This document shows positions 50,748-59,255 of a stretch of DNA of 64,000 bases, one piece after another. Origin of the DNA: a virus. The DNA lies in the IMG/VR virus record IMGVR_UViG_3300027816_000056. One strand, 5' to 3'. The notes below the pieces were generated by a model that had not been told where the DNA came from, did not search any database, and saw nothing but the letters and a program-made list of their open reading frames with translations. The position numbers and the translations under genes were made by a program. Position 1 is the first letter of the stretch. Every line of letters begins with the position of its first letter.

Positions 50748-51137
50748 TTATAAATATAAACCAAGCTCATAAGCACGAACCGAAGATATCAATGCTTCAT
50801 TTAAAGTTTCTGCTAATTTTCTTAATTCATGACGTTGCAAAGTAAATGTTTGCGATTTGATTCGAACATCATATGTATCAGATTTAGTACCAGATACATA
50901 AGCTTCATCCATTGCAGTCTGCACAAATTTTGAATAATTGATAAGATCTTTATATGTTAATTGAAGTTTTTGATTGTAAATGCAAAGTTCACCAATATTG
51001 GTATTCATTGGATCTGTTTTAAATATTTCTTCTGAAATTTTTTCAGCAAATACGAAATCTAAATTTGTCCATACATTGCCATAACGTTTTTGATATTTTT
51101 CCGAAATAGCCCATGGGGTGTTAATACTACGTGTCAT
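50748..51137 (-). CDS. Hypothetical protein
   Basis: ORF in operon. Confidence 0.65.
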   Translation of the reverse strand: MTRSINTPWAISEKYQKRYGNVWTNLDFVFAEKISEEIFKTDPMNTNIGELCIYNQKLQLTYKDLINYSKFVQTAMDEAYVSGTKSDTYDVRIKSQTFTLQRHELRKLAETLNEALISSVRAYELGLYL

Positions 51138-51139
51138 TT

Positions 51140-51802
51140 TTATTGAATTTTATAAATTGTTACTGTGTATACGTCGTTTGAATAATTATGTCGAACATTG
51201 ACATAACGATATTTTTCTATTAGCATGTCCATAACTAAACCTGGATGAACATAAAAGAATCCATCATGAATCTTATTATTGATTGGAGATAATAAATTGA
51301 ATGAAACTGCTTGATTTGCTAAATTATACATTTTATCAATATCTTCAAACATTTTCATGAGATCAGCATCTTCAGAATCACATTTTCTTTGTGTAAAATA
51401 TCCAGATGCTACAACCCAATCATGATTATTTAGTTTTGCATTCTCAAACGAGTTAGGCTGTATGTCTAAATTGTACTTTTGCTTAGCTAAATCAGTCATA
51501 ATTGGATTATGATCAATTCCGTTATATCCAAATAAGGCATTAGGATACATTTCTCGTATAAAACCATATAAATCGCATCGTCCGCAACCAATATCCAAAA
51601 TATTGCTATTATTCGGATCAAATCCGATAATTAAATTTTGAAATAAATACTGTTGTTCTGCAGTTGTATTATATCCTACAACTTGAGGACTATTTAACAT
51701 GTAATCTGGATCAGTATCTGCTTTTAGATTATCTCTACGAACATGTTCTGGATCGTTTCCGTAAAGTAAACGTTGAATTTTTTCTTGTAACTGATTTAAC
51801 AT
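51140..51802 (-). CDS. Class I SAM-dependent methyltransferase
   Basis: ILDIGCG, YNGID, DWVVASG. Confidence 0.85.
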   Translation of the reverse strand: MLNQLQEKIQRLLYGNDPEHVRRDNLKADTDPDYMLNSPQVVGYNTTAEQQYLFQNLIIGFDPNNSNILDIGCGRCDLYGFIREMYPNALFGYNGIDHNPIMTDLAKQKYNLDIQPNSFENAKLNNHDWVVASGYFTQRKCDSEDADLMKMFEDIDKMYNLANQAVSFNLLSPINNKIHDGFFYVHPGLVMDMLIEKYRYVNVRHNYSNDVYTVTIYKIQ

Positions 51803-51812
51803 GATAAAATTT

Positions 51813-52088
51813 TTATGCTCTTACAATTGGTAATTGATCTGCATCTGCTAATTCATTGTAATTCATTGTAGGAACTACAATTTTTGTATCACAAAGACGT
51901 TCGGTTAATTCTTTGTTGATATATGTTTTTTTAGATTTAGCTGTGTTGACCATTGTCATAGCCGTACGATTCTCAAACAAGATATCATACATAGTTGCTT
52001 TATTAACAATGAATTTATCTAGAATAATTGCTACACGATTTGCATCTTCTTGAGTAACAATGACAGGTTGTCCTATTTTATATGACAT
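51813..52088 (-). CDS. Hypothetical protein (SH3/KOW-like)
   Basis: YKIGQPVIV start. Confidence 0.6.
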   Translation of the reverse strand: MSYKIGQPVIVTQEDANRVAIILDKFIVNKATMYDILFENRTAMTMVNTAKSKKTYINKELTERLCDTKIVVPTMNYNELADADQLPIVRA

Positions 52089-52297
52089 TATTCTAAAATT
52101 TTAATGATTTTACTTGCGTTAACTGCCTTAACTTCAAAATCAAAATTGTAACCTTGAAAATCTTTAACAACTTTAGCTTCAGCTTCTGTAACAGATAAAG
52201 CTTCTACCAAATAAGTTTCAGTAATTCGTTTTTCTTTTGGTCCTTTTGGCGTATCAACTACATCGATAAGTTGTACTTTTGCTGTGTAATAACTCAT
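52088..52297 (-). CDS. DUF4494-like protein
   Basis: KRITETYLVEALSVTEAEAKV matches the Bacteroidota DUF4494 pattern. Confidence 0.8.
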   Translation of the reverse strand: MSYYTAKVQLIDVVDTPKGPKEKRITETYLVEALSVTEAEAKVVKDFQGYNFDFEVKAVNASKIIKILE

Positions 52298-52359
52298 TTT
52301 TGTTTAAATTTAAATTAATATAACTTTATTCAAATAATATAGAAAAAAAATGATAAAAC

Positions 52360-53223
52360 CTAAAGTTTTTCCATGTATTTTTGCAATCTTTTCTGTGATT
52401 TATAAAATTCATATGATTGCTGTATTTGTCTAGGTGTCAATTTTAATTTGTTTTGCAACATATTTAATATATCACCTATTATACGTTCCTTATCATCATT
52501 TGTTAATATATCAGTTTGTATCATTTTTATGATACGATCTAGGTAGTTAACAAATTGTTTAGGTAGTTTATCAATCATTTTGTATTTTATATCTGACACT
52601 CCGATATTTTTTGATTTTTTCTCGGTATCTTTATCAGCTTTTTTGTTTTTTTCAGCTGATGATTTGATATTTTTTGTTTTTTGAACAGGGTCTTTCAGAA
52701 TTGCTTTAGTAATTTTTGCTGCTTCAACTAAAATATCACCATATCGAACTACCCAAGCAACTTCTGGTGCACCTGCAGGTGGCTCTGTTGGTGCAACACC
52801 AGCGCCTCCTCCTGCGCTAGCTTCACCTTTTTCAACTTTTTCTTTATCTTCAGCACCTAATCCTTTTACATCATCTAAAGATAATTGTAATTCTATAGTA
52901 TAATCGTTATTACGACCCCAACCTGTATAAGGAACAATGCGTATTGCATTTTTTCTAAGTAAACTTAATAGGATATTTGGTGTGATATTTAAATCTTTAC
53001 CGCTTCTACCTATAAATTCTCGTACACCGATATCAGATAAAGAATAAATGATACCAATTTGTTGTGTTCCATATGCATCAAACTTACCAAGAAATTTTTC
53101 TTCTGCTGGAGTAAATAGCGAATTTGCGGATGTTGATGGTGCGTTATCCGTTTCTTGAGGAGGAGCTTCCGTTAATATTGCTTTTAACGTAGATTCGACA
53201 ATCTGATGCACTGAACGTATCAT
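52360..53223 (-). CDS. Hypothetical protein with ILTE leader
   Basis: ORF. Confidence 0.7.
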   Translation of the reverse strand: MIRSVHQIVESTLKAILTEAPPQETDNAPSTSANSLFTPAEEKFLGKFDAYGTQQIGIIYSLSDIGVREFIGRSGKDLNITPNILLSLLRKNAIRIVPYTGWGRNNDYTIELQLSLDDVKGLGAEDKEKVEKGEASAGGGAGVAPTEPPAGAPEVAWVVRYGDILVEAAKITKAILKDPVQKTKNIKSSAEKNKKADKDTEKKSKNIGVSDIKYKMIDKLPKQFVNYLDRIIKMIQTDILTNDDKERIIGDILNMLQNKLKLTPRQIQQSYEFYKSQKRLQKYMEKL

Positions 53224-53411
53224 TATTTTTCTGCTTTAGTTTCTGCTAATTGCGTTGAACGATATTTTGTTGCTAACTTTTTTAATTCGTTAATTGATTT
53301 TCTTGCAACCGTAGCTGCTTTTTTTACGCCTTTTGCTTGAAAACGATCATGATTTTCTTTAAACGTTAACCAATGCGATTCCATTACTTCATAGATTTCT
53401 TGTGATGTCAT
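53223..53411 (-). CDS. Histone H1-like (Hc1) small basic protein
   Basis: FQAKGVKKAATVARKSINELKKL..YR matches the Hc1 pattern. Confidence 0.75.
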   Translation of the reverse strand: MTSQEIYEVMESHWLTFKENHDRFQAKGVKKAATVARKSINELKKLATKYRSTQLAETKAEK

Positions 53412-53448
53412 ATTAACCTTTTTTTTTTATTTATTATAAATATATAAC

Positions 53449-53643
53449 TTACTTGAAACGATCCATTAATACGTCGAGATTGGTATCCATTAATATTAAT
53501 TCTTCGTAATCACTTAGTTCCAAAATAATTTGTTTATTTTTATTTTCATATATTCTGACAATACGATTCATATTGATAAATTGACGAGAAATATCACCGT
53601 TACTTAATTTAACATTTATCATTATGAATGTTGGTTGATTCAT
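53449..53643 (-). CDS. Hypothetical protein
   Basis: ORF. Confidence 0.6.
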   Translation of the reverse strand: MNQPTFIMINVKLSNGDISRQFINMNRIVRIYENKNKQIILELSDYEELILMDTNLDVLMDRFK

Positions 53644-54221
53644 TAATCTCCACCGTAATATTTTCTGCCAGCTTCTTTATCCATCTGTATCATAGCGCCA
53701 ATTCCGGAACCACCAACATCTTTAGATCTATACGGTGGATCTGGTTTGAAATCATCCATATTAGGTTGAATTCCTTGTTCAACCACTTTAGTTAGAACTT
53801 TATATGTATACCATCTAGATGGATTGCCTGTTCTTAATATATCAATAACATGATCTGGAGCATGATTAACATCACCAGTATATAATGGCTGATATCGATC
53901 TAGTTTATTCATATCTATATTTTGTTCGATAAACTTTGCTACTTTCCATTTAGCATAATTTGTGGGTAATGTATATTTTGAAATATCAATGCGATTAGTA
54001 ATAGAATCTGGAATTTTCATCCAATCTGTTTCTACATACTCATCCGCAAAATCTGACCCCATATTGGCATCCGCTGATAATAAAAGTACACGACGCCATT
54101 CTTCTGGCATCTGAGACCATTCATTAGATTCATTATATTCTCGCAAAATACGTTTAGTTCGTTGAATTTCTTCTCGAAGAATTTGTACGTGACTCGGATT
54201 TTTAAAATCAAAAATTTTCAT
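53643..54221 (-). CDS. Hypothetical protein with ILRE leader
   Basis: ORF. Confidence 0.65.
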   Translation of the reverse strand: MKIFDFKNPSHVQILREEIQRTKRILREYNESNEWSQMPEEWRRVLLLSADANMGSDFADEYVETDWMKIPDSITNRIDISKYTLPTNYAKWKVAKFIEQNIDMNKLDRYQPLYTGDVNHAPDHVIDILRTGNPSRWYTYKVLTKVVEQGIQPNMDDFKPDPPYRSKDVGGSGIGAMIQMDKEAGRKYYGGD

Positions 54222-54223
54222 GA

Positions 54224-54598
54224 TTACTTTAAATTTTCTAGTTTATATACGGTAGTGTAAATTAAATCTTTAACAGCATCTAATTGATTTAAAATAAATG
54301 TGTCTTTTGGATCTAGTTTATCATATGTTCTTTCTACATACAATGCTAAGGCCTTAAAATATTTAAGAGTTGTTGCGGCATCATATGAATCAAATCGTTC
54401 TGCCGGAACATATCCTGTTAATATTCCATGTTTTCCTTGATATGATTCTACTAATGCATCTACTAATCCAGGAATAGCATCATAATATGCATTTAATGCC
54501 ATATGTGCAGCAAACGAACCTTCTCCAGTTGTCTGCCAATGAAAGATATGCGCCTGATCTCGAGATGCTAATAGAGTAGAAATTAATTTTTCAAACAT
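54224..54598 (-). CDS. Ferritin/Dps-like four-helix protein (DUF5856-like)
   Basis: QAHIFHWQT..SFAAHMALNAYYD..LVESYQG..YKL. Confidence 0.78.
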   Translation of the reverse strand: MFEKLISTLLASRDQAHIFHWQTTGEGSFAAHMALNAYYDAIPGLVDALVESYQGKHGILTGYVPAERFDSYDAATTLKYFKALALYVERTYDKLDPKDTFILNQLDAVKDLIYTTVYKLENLK

Positions 54599-54754
54599 TT
54601 ATTTTCCTTGTGCTACATAAGGTTTAACGTAATTAGTCGCATTTTTGCTATGACTTGTTTTTGTCTTTGCATGAATGCCCGGACGTTTTACCTTTGGTTT
54701 TTTAATATGTACTTTTACACTATTTCCTTTTACTTTCTTTACTGCTGCTGACAT
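54599..54754 (-). CDS. Small very basic protein (51 aa, ends KPYVAQGK)
   Basis: Manual translation MSAAVKKVKGNSVKVHIKKPKVKRPGIHAKTKTSHSKNATNYVKPYVAQGK; AAGGGG SD. Confidence 0.65.
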   Translation of the reverse strand: MSAAVKKVKGNSVKVHIKKPKVKRPGIHAKTKTSHSKNATNYVKPYVAQGK

Positions 54755-54868
54755 ATTGCCCCTTGTATGTTAATATTTCATATAAACCGCAAAACCCAGC
54801 AATAACCATAAAGGTACAACCGATAATAAAAGCAAATAACTTATTCATATTAATAAATATTAAACAAT

Positions 54869-54898
54869 AAAAAAACCTGATGTTTTCACACCAGGTCT
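54869..54898 (-). terminator. Terminator
   Basis: Minus strand ACCTGGTGTGAAAACATCAGGT-TTTTT. Confidence 0.7.
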
Positions 54899-54930
54899 TA
54901 ACTATATTCGCCTAAGGTAGCAGACGCTCT

Positions 54931-55323
54931 TTATTTCTTGAATGTTTCTTTTAAGATATAATCATTACCTTTAAGATTGCGAAGAATTCTTTGTTCTAAC
55001 GGAATTTCACGCATTTCTTGCAATCCGCCTTTTTTAATTAAAGTAGATTCATTTTTTTCTTCTTTATCAGACTCTTTAGCTTCTTTATCTTTAAAAGCTT
55101 GTTTCATTGATTCCGTTTCATCACGATCTCCATCAGCATCAATATAATCCGGTTTCGCAGCTTCATCAACTTCTTCTTCGTCCATATCCGGCATATTTAA
55201 TTCTGCTTCCTCACGTAGTTTGGCTTCATATGCTGCAGTAGTATCAGCAATAGTAGGTAAAGACCCATCTGCCTTACGTTCCCAAGCAAAGCCCTCTTTA
55301 AGTATGTTTTTTAATTTTATCAC
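54931..55323 (-). CDS. Acidic protein with MIKLKNILKE leader and DxDGD motif
   Basis: GTG start, AGGA SD, late box; PDYIDADGDRDETESMK. Confidence 0.75.
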   Translation of the reverse strand: MIKLKNILKEGFAWERKADGSLPTIADTTAAYEAKLREEAELNMPDMDEEEVDEAAKPDYIDADGDRDETESMKQAFKDKEAKESDKEEKNESTLIKKGGLQEMREIPLEQRILRNLKGNDYILKETFKK

Positions 55324-55450
55324 GATGATTCCTTTTAATATAAATATAAGAAGTTATGAAAAGGTATTAGTACGTTGTAAACGATGATTTTAATGCATTA
55401 GTGCGTCCTCCCGGTTTCACCGAGGACCGCACATGCATGTAATTATCAGA

Positions 55451-55870
55451 TTAATACTTGTCAAATCTTTTCCAATTGGGATCTTTTTCACCCCATTCAG
55501 CCGCATCGGAATAATGGTCTAATCTACTAAGAAATTTTCCGGATACATCTCGGATCCATTGTGCGGCTTGATTGGGAGTTATGTGTAGATGTGGTTTTTT
55601 TATATAATTTACAGCGTCTATTATTTTATCTAAGAATTTTTCCCTAATCTTGGCGTTAGCGTCTGCGCGCGCTTGATCTTCCGGAGAAAGTTTTATAGTT
55701 GGATACACAGGTGGTCCGCTCGTACGTGTTGTCGCTGCAGCCGGTGTGGCCGAGTTAGATGGTGCCGTTGTTGTAGTCGAAGCAGGTGTTGCCGTCGCAG
55801 GTTGTTCTGTTAAATTCTTGGTGTTGTAGCGACGCATATTTTCCGCAAGAATGTCTTTTAGTTTGTCCAT
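55451..55870 (-). CDS. Hypothetical protein with ILAENM leader
   Basis: Leader homologous to 45057..46640; Thr/Ala/Pro linker. Confidence 0.7.
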   Translation of the reverse strand: MDKLKDILAENMRRYNTKNLTEQPATATPASTTTTAPSNSATPAAATTRTSGPPVYPTIKLSPEDQARADANAKIREKFLDKIIDAVNYIKKPHLHITPNQAAQWIRDVSGKFLSRLDHYSDAAEWGEKDPNWKRFDKY

Positions 55871-55894
55871 TACATGTTCCTTTATTAATATATA

Positions 55895-56401
55895 TTACTC
55901 ATCTTCAATACCAGTAGAATCCGCCGTGCTTTTACGCACTATAAACAGTTTTCCGTTGGTATCTAATACAGTGTATCCAGCTGTCTCTAAACGTGTTTTA
56001 TTCGCAGCCAATAAGCTTCGATAGATGCGAGTCTTTTGCAAGTCTTTTTCCGTGGATGTGGTGTCCGATCCCGTAACGTCTATTGCCTCAGGTCGCCATT
56101 GGGCCACAAAGTCCAACAAGGCTTCCGCCACAGTACTCATTAGACGCAGGTAATTCACGCGTCCCACAGCCGCACTACGTGAATGTGCTACCGTAAAACC
56201 GCGTCCATCCGTGCTCGGGGTAACCATGGCAAATCCCCATTCATCATAGCCTTGTGGCGTCATGTTCAACTCAATCTCAACGCCGTCAGCATCAAACGTT
56301 GATTGCAATGAATCGCCCCATTCTTCCCATGGGAATTGTGTGGCATATGGAGTAGCGCCGCCTAGAGAGATTTCCGTGAGTAGTGATTTTAATCGTATCA
56401 T
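55895..56401 (-). CDS. Hypothetical protein with MIRLKSLLTE leader
   Basis: Late box at 56408-56415. Confidence 0.7.
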   Translation of the reverse strand: MIRLKSLLTEISLGGATPYATQFPWEEWGDSLQSTFDADGVEIELNMTPQGYDEWGFAMVTPSTDGRGFTVAHSRSAAVGRVNYLRLMSTVAEALLDFVAQWRPEAIDVTGSDTTSTEKDLQKTRIYRSLLAANKTRLETAGYTVLDTNGKLFIVRKSTADSTGIEDE

Positions 56402-56454
56402 ATACAAATAAATATTGTTTCCGCATAAATGCTGGAAACGAGACGGCCGGTACT

Positions 56455-56472
56455 TTACTCGAGCTCGAGTAA
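56455..56472. repeat. Perfect 18 bp palindrome TTACTCGAGCTCGAGTAA
   Basis: Read directly from the sequence. Confidence 0.85.
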
Positions 56473-56604
56473 TTGATAGGGTGATAGATGCGATTATATT
56501 ATATAGGGAGGATCTTGGGATCTTGGTTGGCTATATGCACCGCATATCCTAATAAAGAGCACCTATATAGCAAAAATCTTACCCGTGCTAGAAAAACATA
56601 TATA

Positions 56605-56750
56605 ACCTCCCTCATCAATCAGGGGGTCGTTACCCCCTTAACGAAACCCTCCCCCACCCCCCCTAAACAAGGGGGTCTATAGGGGTCAAATAAGGGGGGC
56701 TATAGGGGTAGTTGTATAGGGGGGCTACCCACCCCCCATCGAACCCCATC
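56605..56750. other. G-tract/C-tract non-coding element
   Basis: Five G4-G6 runs (56671-56724) flanked by multiple C runs; TATAGGGG occurs three times. Confidence 0.8.
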
Positions 56751-56776
56751 GGTCTATAATCTATATTGCATTCTGC

Positions 56777-57001
56777 TTATGCCAACTCACATAGTATTGC
56801 AAATGCTTCTCGGCTGTCTGGCAATGTGAAGTCTGCTTCTATACCTAACTGCCTCAGGAGGCCGTCAATGGCACACCAGCGGCTTCTTGCTGACTGATGC
56901 AGTGGAGACTCTTTGCCATAATCTCTTTGCGACTTCTTGCACTCTAGGAATGCTGCTGCTTCTACGGCTTGGATGGTTGCGATCATTTCTTTCTTTGTCA
57001 T
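56777..57001 (-). CDS. Early hypothetical protein
   Basis: AGAGAGAGTATG leader. Confidence 0.7.
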   Translation of the reverse strand: MTKKEMIATIQAVEAAAFLECKKSQRDYGKESPLHQSARSRWCAIDGLLRQLGIEADFTLPDSREAFAILCELA

Positions 57002-57051
57002 ACTCTCTCTTTTTATATTGGTTACTTGATTACTTTGGTTTGCTGGGTTAA

Positions 57052-57255
57052 TTAGTCTAACTTGCTATCTGCATAAGCCGCAATCATAATTGCTGAGATA
57101 AGTGTCGTTATAGCTCCTACCGGTACTACTAGGAATGCTACTAGGATGCTTATTGACTTAAGTGCTAAGAATGCTACTGCCGTTGCTGTGGTTAATGTTA
57201 ACACTGTAACTGCGATTGCTAATAATGCTGCGATAACTTTAATTGAATTTTTCAT
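57052..57255 (-). CDS. Early small membrane protein (2 TM)
   Basis: Hydrophobic; follows a promoter repeat. Confidence 0.7.
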   Translation of the reverse strand: MKNSIKVIAALLAIAVTVLTLTTATAVAFLALKSISILVAFLVVPVGAITTLISAIMIAAYADSKLD

Positions 57256-57357
57256 ATCTCTATCTTTTTAATTATAAAATAAAGATACCGATAATATCAA
57301 TGCGAGTCAACCTTTTTGCAAACTTTTTTCGAACTTTTTTTGACGTGCTTTTATATA

Positions 57358-57416
57358 GTCCACCAGGGCCGACATTTTAGCGTCAACCCCAGTTTCCTAT
57401 TTGAGAGATATGATTT
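57358..57416 (-). promoter_or_regulatory. 3'-UTR module A: CATATCTCTCAA plus hairpin
   Basis: Directly after the AAA ATPase stop; stem GGGGTTGACG/TGTCGGCCCT. Confidence 0.7.
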
Positions 57417-58358
57417 CTATTCTACCGAGATGATTTGTTCTGCTACCATCTCCTCAGGATTGTCAAAGCCCATTGCACATATCCTTGCTGCTTTGATGAA
57501 GCTTCTGAGATTAACTTCAATGCCGGCATACTTTGCATCCAGGCTCTTCATAATCTCCAATGCCTGCTGCTTCGCTGCCAAAGGAATGCTACGCTCCATG
57601 CTCTCCATCAATTGCTCCATGCGCTGGAACATTTGGGTGGTGTTCATTGAGATGTCTGCTACAAAGCTACGGCTTCGGATTGCTTCATCTAATCGGCTTT
57701 GACTGATGTTGCTAATGAATATGATGCGACCTGTAAACTCAAAGTGAGCTGGTACCGGGTTGCCCCACTCGTCTTTAAGAGGCTTGCTTGAGATATAAGA
57801 TATCTTGCGTGTGTCATAGCTATCCAGAGCCGCTTTGAGGATGTTCACTGCATCATCGTCTTTGAATACAGAGTCACAGTCATCCAACACAACTATCTTG
57901 TCGGAGTTCTGATATAGCGTGATAAACAATCCGGCTGCGGTAGCACGACCTTTAAAGTGAACAAAGTCTGAGGACTCCTTCAAGCCCATTTGTCTGAGCG
58001 TGTCTTTTACTAGGTGAGTCTTGCCGACACCTGCCATACCGGTAAGCACTAAGCTAGGTTGAATGCCTCGCCCTACCATTTTAGTCAGACGCTCCAAGTT
58101 AGAAAACATCACAGCTGGGTCACGCTTCTCAATCACATTGAGGAAAGACATCTTAGCGGGTGCTGTAGCCTTTGTGGACTTAGGTGCATCAATTCTTGTA
58201 ACACGACCGTTGGGTGCTACTAACAATTGCTGCTGATTCTTCTCAGCATTCAATAGCTGGATGTGTCGGATTGAATCCTTAGGAGCAAACTCTCCTGTTG
58301 CTACACACTTTGCCATTAACTTGCCTTTTACTCTTACTGCTTCAAATACTCTCATCAT
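57417..58358 (-). CDS. AAA+ ATPase
   Basis: Walker A GMAGVGKT, Walker B VVLDD, IIFISN, AIRSR arginine finger. Confidence 0.88.
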   Translation of the reverse strand: MMRVFEAVRVKGKLMAKCVATGEFAPKDSIRHIQLLNAEKNQQQLLVAPNGRVTRIDAPKSTKATAPAKMSFLNVIEKRDPAVMFSNLERLTKMVGRGIQPSLVLTGMAGVGKTHLVKDTLRQMGLKESSDFVHFKGRATAAGLFITLYQNSDKIVVLDDCDSVFKDDDAVNILKAALDSYDTRKISYISSKPLKDEWGNPVPAHFEFTGRIIFISNISQSRLDEAIRSRSFVADISMNTTQMFQRMEQLMESMERSIPLAAKQQALEIMKSLDAKYAGIEVNLRSFIKAARICAMGFDNPEEMVAEQIISVE

Positions 58359-58440
58359 ATCTCTTATTTTTTTAATTTATATAAATTTAATGAATTTATC
58401 AATGCGATCCTAATCTTTTGCAAACTTTTTTTAAACTTTT

Positions 58441-58647
58441 TTATAGGCCGGAAAACTCCCCGTCGACGAACAATAAAGCTTCTCCCGGCTCTAATCCAGC
58501 AACTGCGAGGTTGAGGTATCCGTCATTAGGATCCGAGATGTTGTCCATATCGAGGATAGCAAAGTCGACTCCTTGCTGTTCCAATATTGTTATAAACCCT
58601 TTTGCCCGGAAGGCTTCTGCTGTTGCGATGATGTCTTGTCTTGTCAT
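58441..58647 (-). CDS. Early hypothetical protein
   Basis: AGAGATATG leader. Confidence 0.7.
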   Translation of the reverse strand: MTRQDIIATAEAFRAKGFITILEQQGVDFAILDMDNISDPNDGYLNLAVAGLEPGEALLFVDGEFSGL

Positions 58648-58666
58648 ATCTCTGATTGTTTCTCAC

Positions 58667-58718
58667 GTCCTTAAGGGCCGACATTTCTGCCGACCCTGGA
58701 CTATGTTGAGAGATATGT
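58667..58718 (-). promoter_or_regulatory. 3'-UTR module B: CATATCTCTCAA plus GAAA-tetraloop hairpin
   Basis: AGGGTCGGCA-GAAA-TGTCGGCCCT; homologous to module A. Confidence 0.72.
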
Positions 58719-59171
58719 TTACTCTGCTAGTGTCGCCTCATAGGCTGTGTCATGCGGATTGTCTCCTCGCTCCAACTCTACTACATCTGTCAAGATGCCT
58801 TCTTCCGCTGCTTCTTGTTGAGCCTGAATGAATCCATCTTCTTCCTCAACAACAAACTCATCAAGTGCACTCGTCACATGCTCCATAATAGCTCTAGTGT
58901 CAACATCAACTCTGTCTAGGCGGATTGTGTTATTGTAATCCAATTCAAATTCGGCGCTGGCGGTGTCAACAAAATCATCAGAGTTGTAATCTAAGCATCG
59001 CTCAATTTTATCTGCAATTTCCTCTGCCAACTCTTGCGTTATGCCCAACTTCGTTTCGACAACAATTTCAGGCTCCAATTGCTGGATAAGTGCAATTACA
59101 TTGTCGATTGATACTACTGAGGTTAGCGCCTTTACTCCCTCTAACTGTGCAATTAAATTTTCTTTTTTCAT
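58719..59171 (-). CDS. Early acidic hypothetical protein
   Basis: Very D/E-rich; follows a promoter repeat. Confidence 0.75.
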   Translation of the reverse strand: MKKENLIAQLEGVKALTSVVSIDNVIALIQQLEPEIVVETKLGITQELAEEIADKIERCLDYNSDDFVDTASAEFELDYNNTIRLDRVDVDTRAIMEHVTSALDEFVVEEEDGFIQAQQEAAEEGILTDVVELERGDNPHDTAYEATLAE

Positions 59172-59255
59172 CTCTCTTATTTTTTAATTATACTATAAAT
59201 TTAATAAATTAATCAATGCGTGTCAAGCATTTTGCAAACTTTTTTTAAACTTTTT

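Larger units (their letters stand above)
920..56415. promoter_or_regulatory. Dispersed late-promoter motif ATATTTAT(A/T) on the coding strand
   Basis: Plus-strand ATAAATAT at 920, 7329, 9192, 13063, 15579, 18303, 25627, 27877, 29893, 38468, 40787, 43920, 50750, 53436, 54853, 55340, 56408 upstream of minus-strand genes; flips to ATATTTAT before the plus-strand genes (~45019, ~47312). Confidence 0.8.

Noticed and set aside
54720-54848. 42 aa hydrophobic ORF behind a late box
   Set aside because: Plausible but too short, and it overlaps the next gene; not enough support to list as a feature.
56488-56682. Plus-strand 64 aa ORF
   Set aside because: It crosses the C/G-tract element and has no supporting promoter or coding signal.
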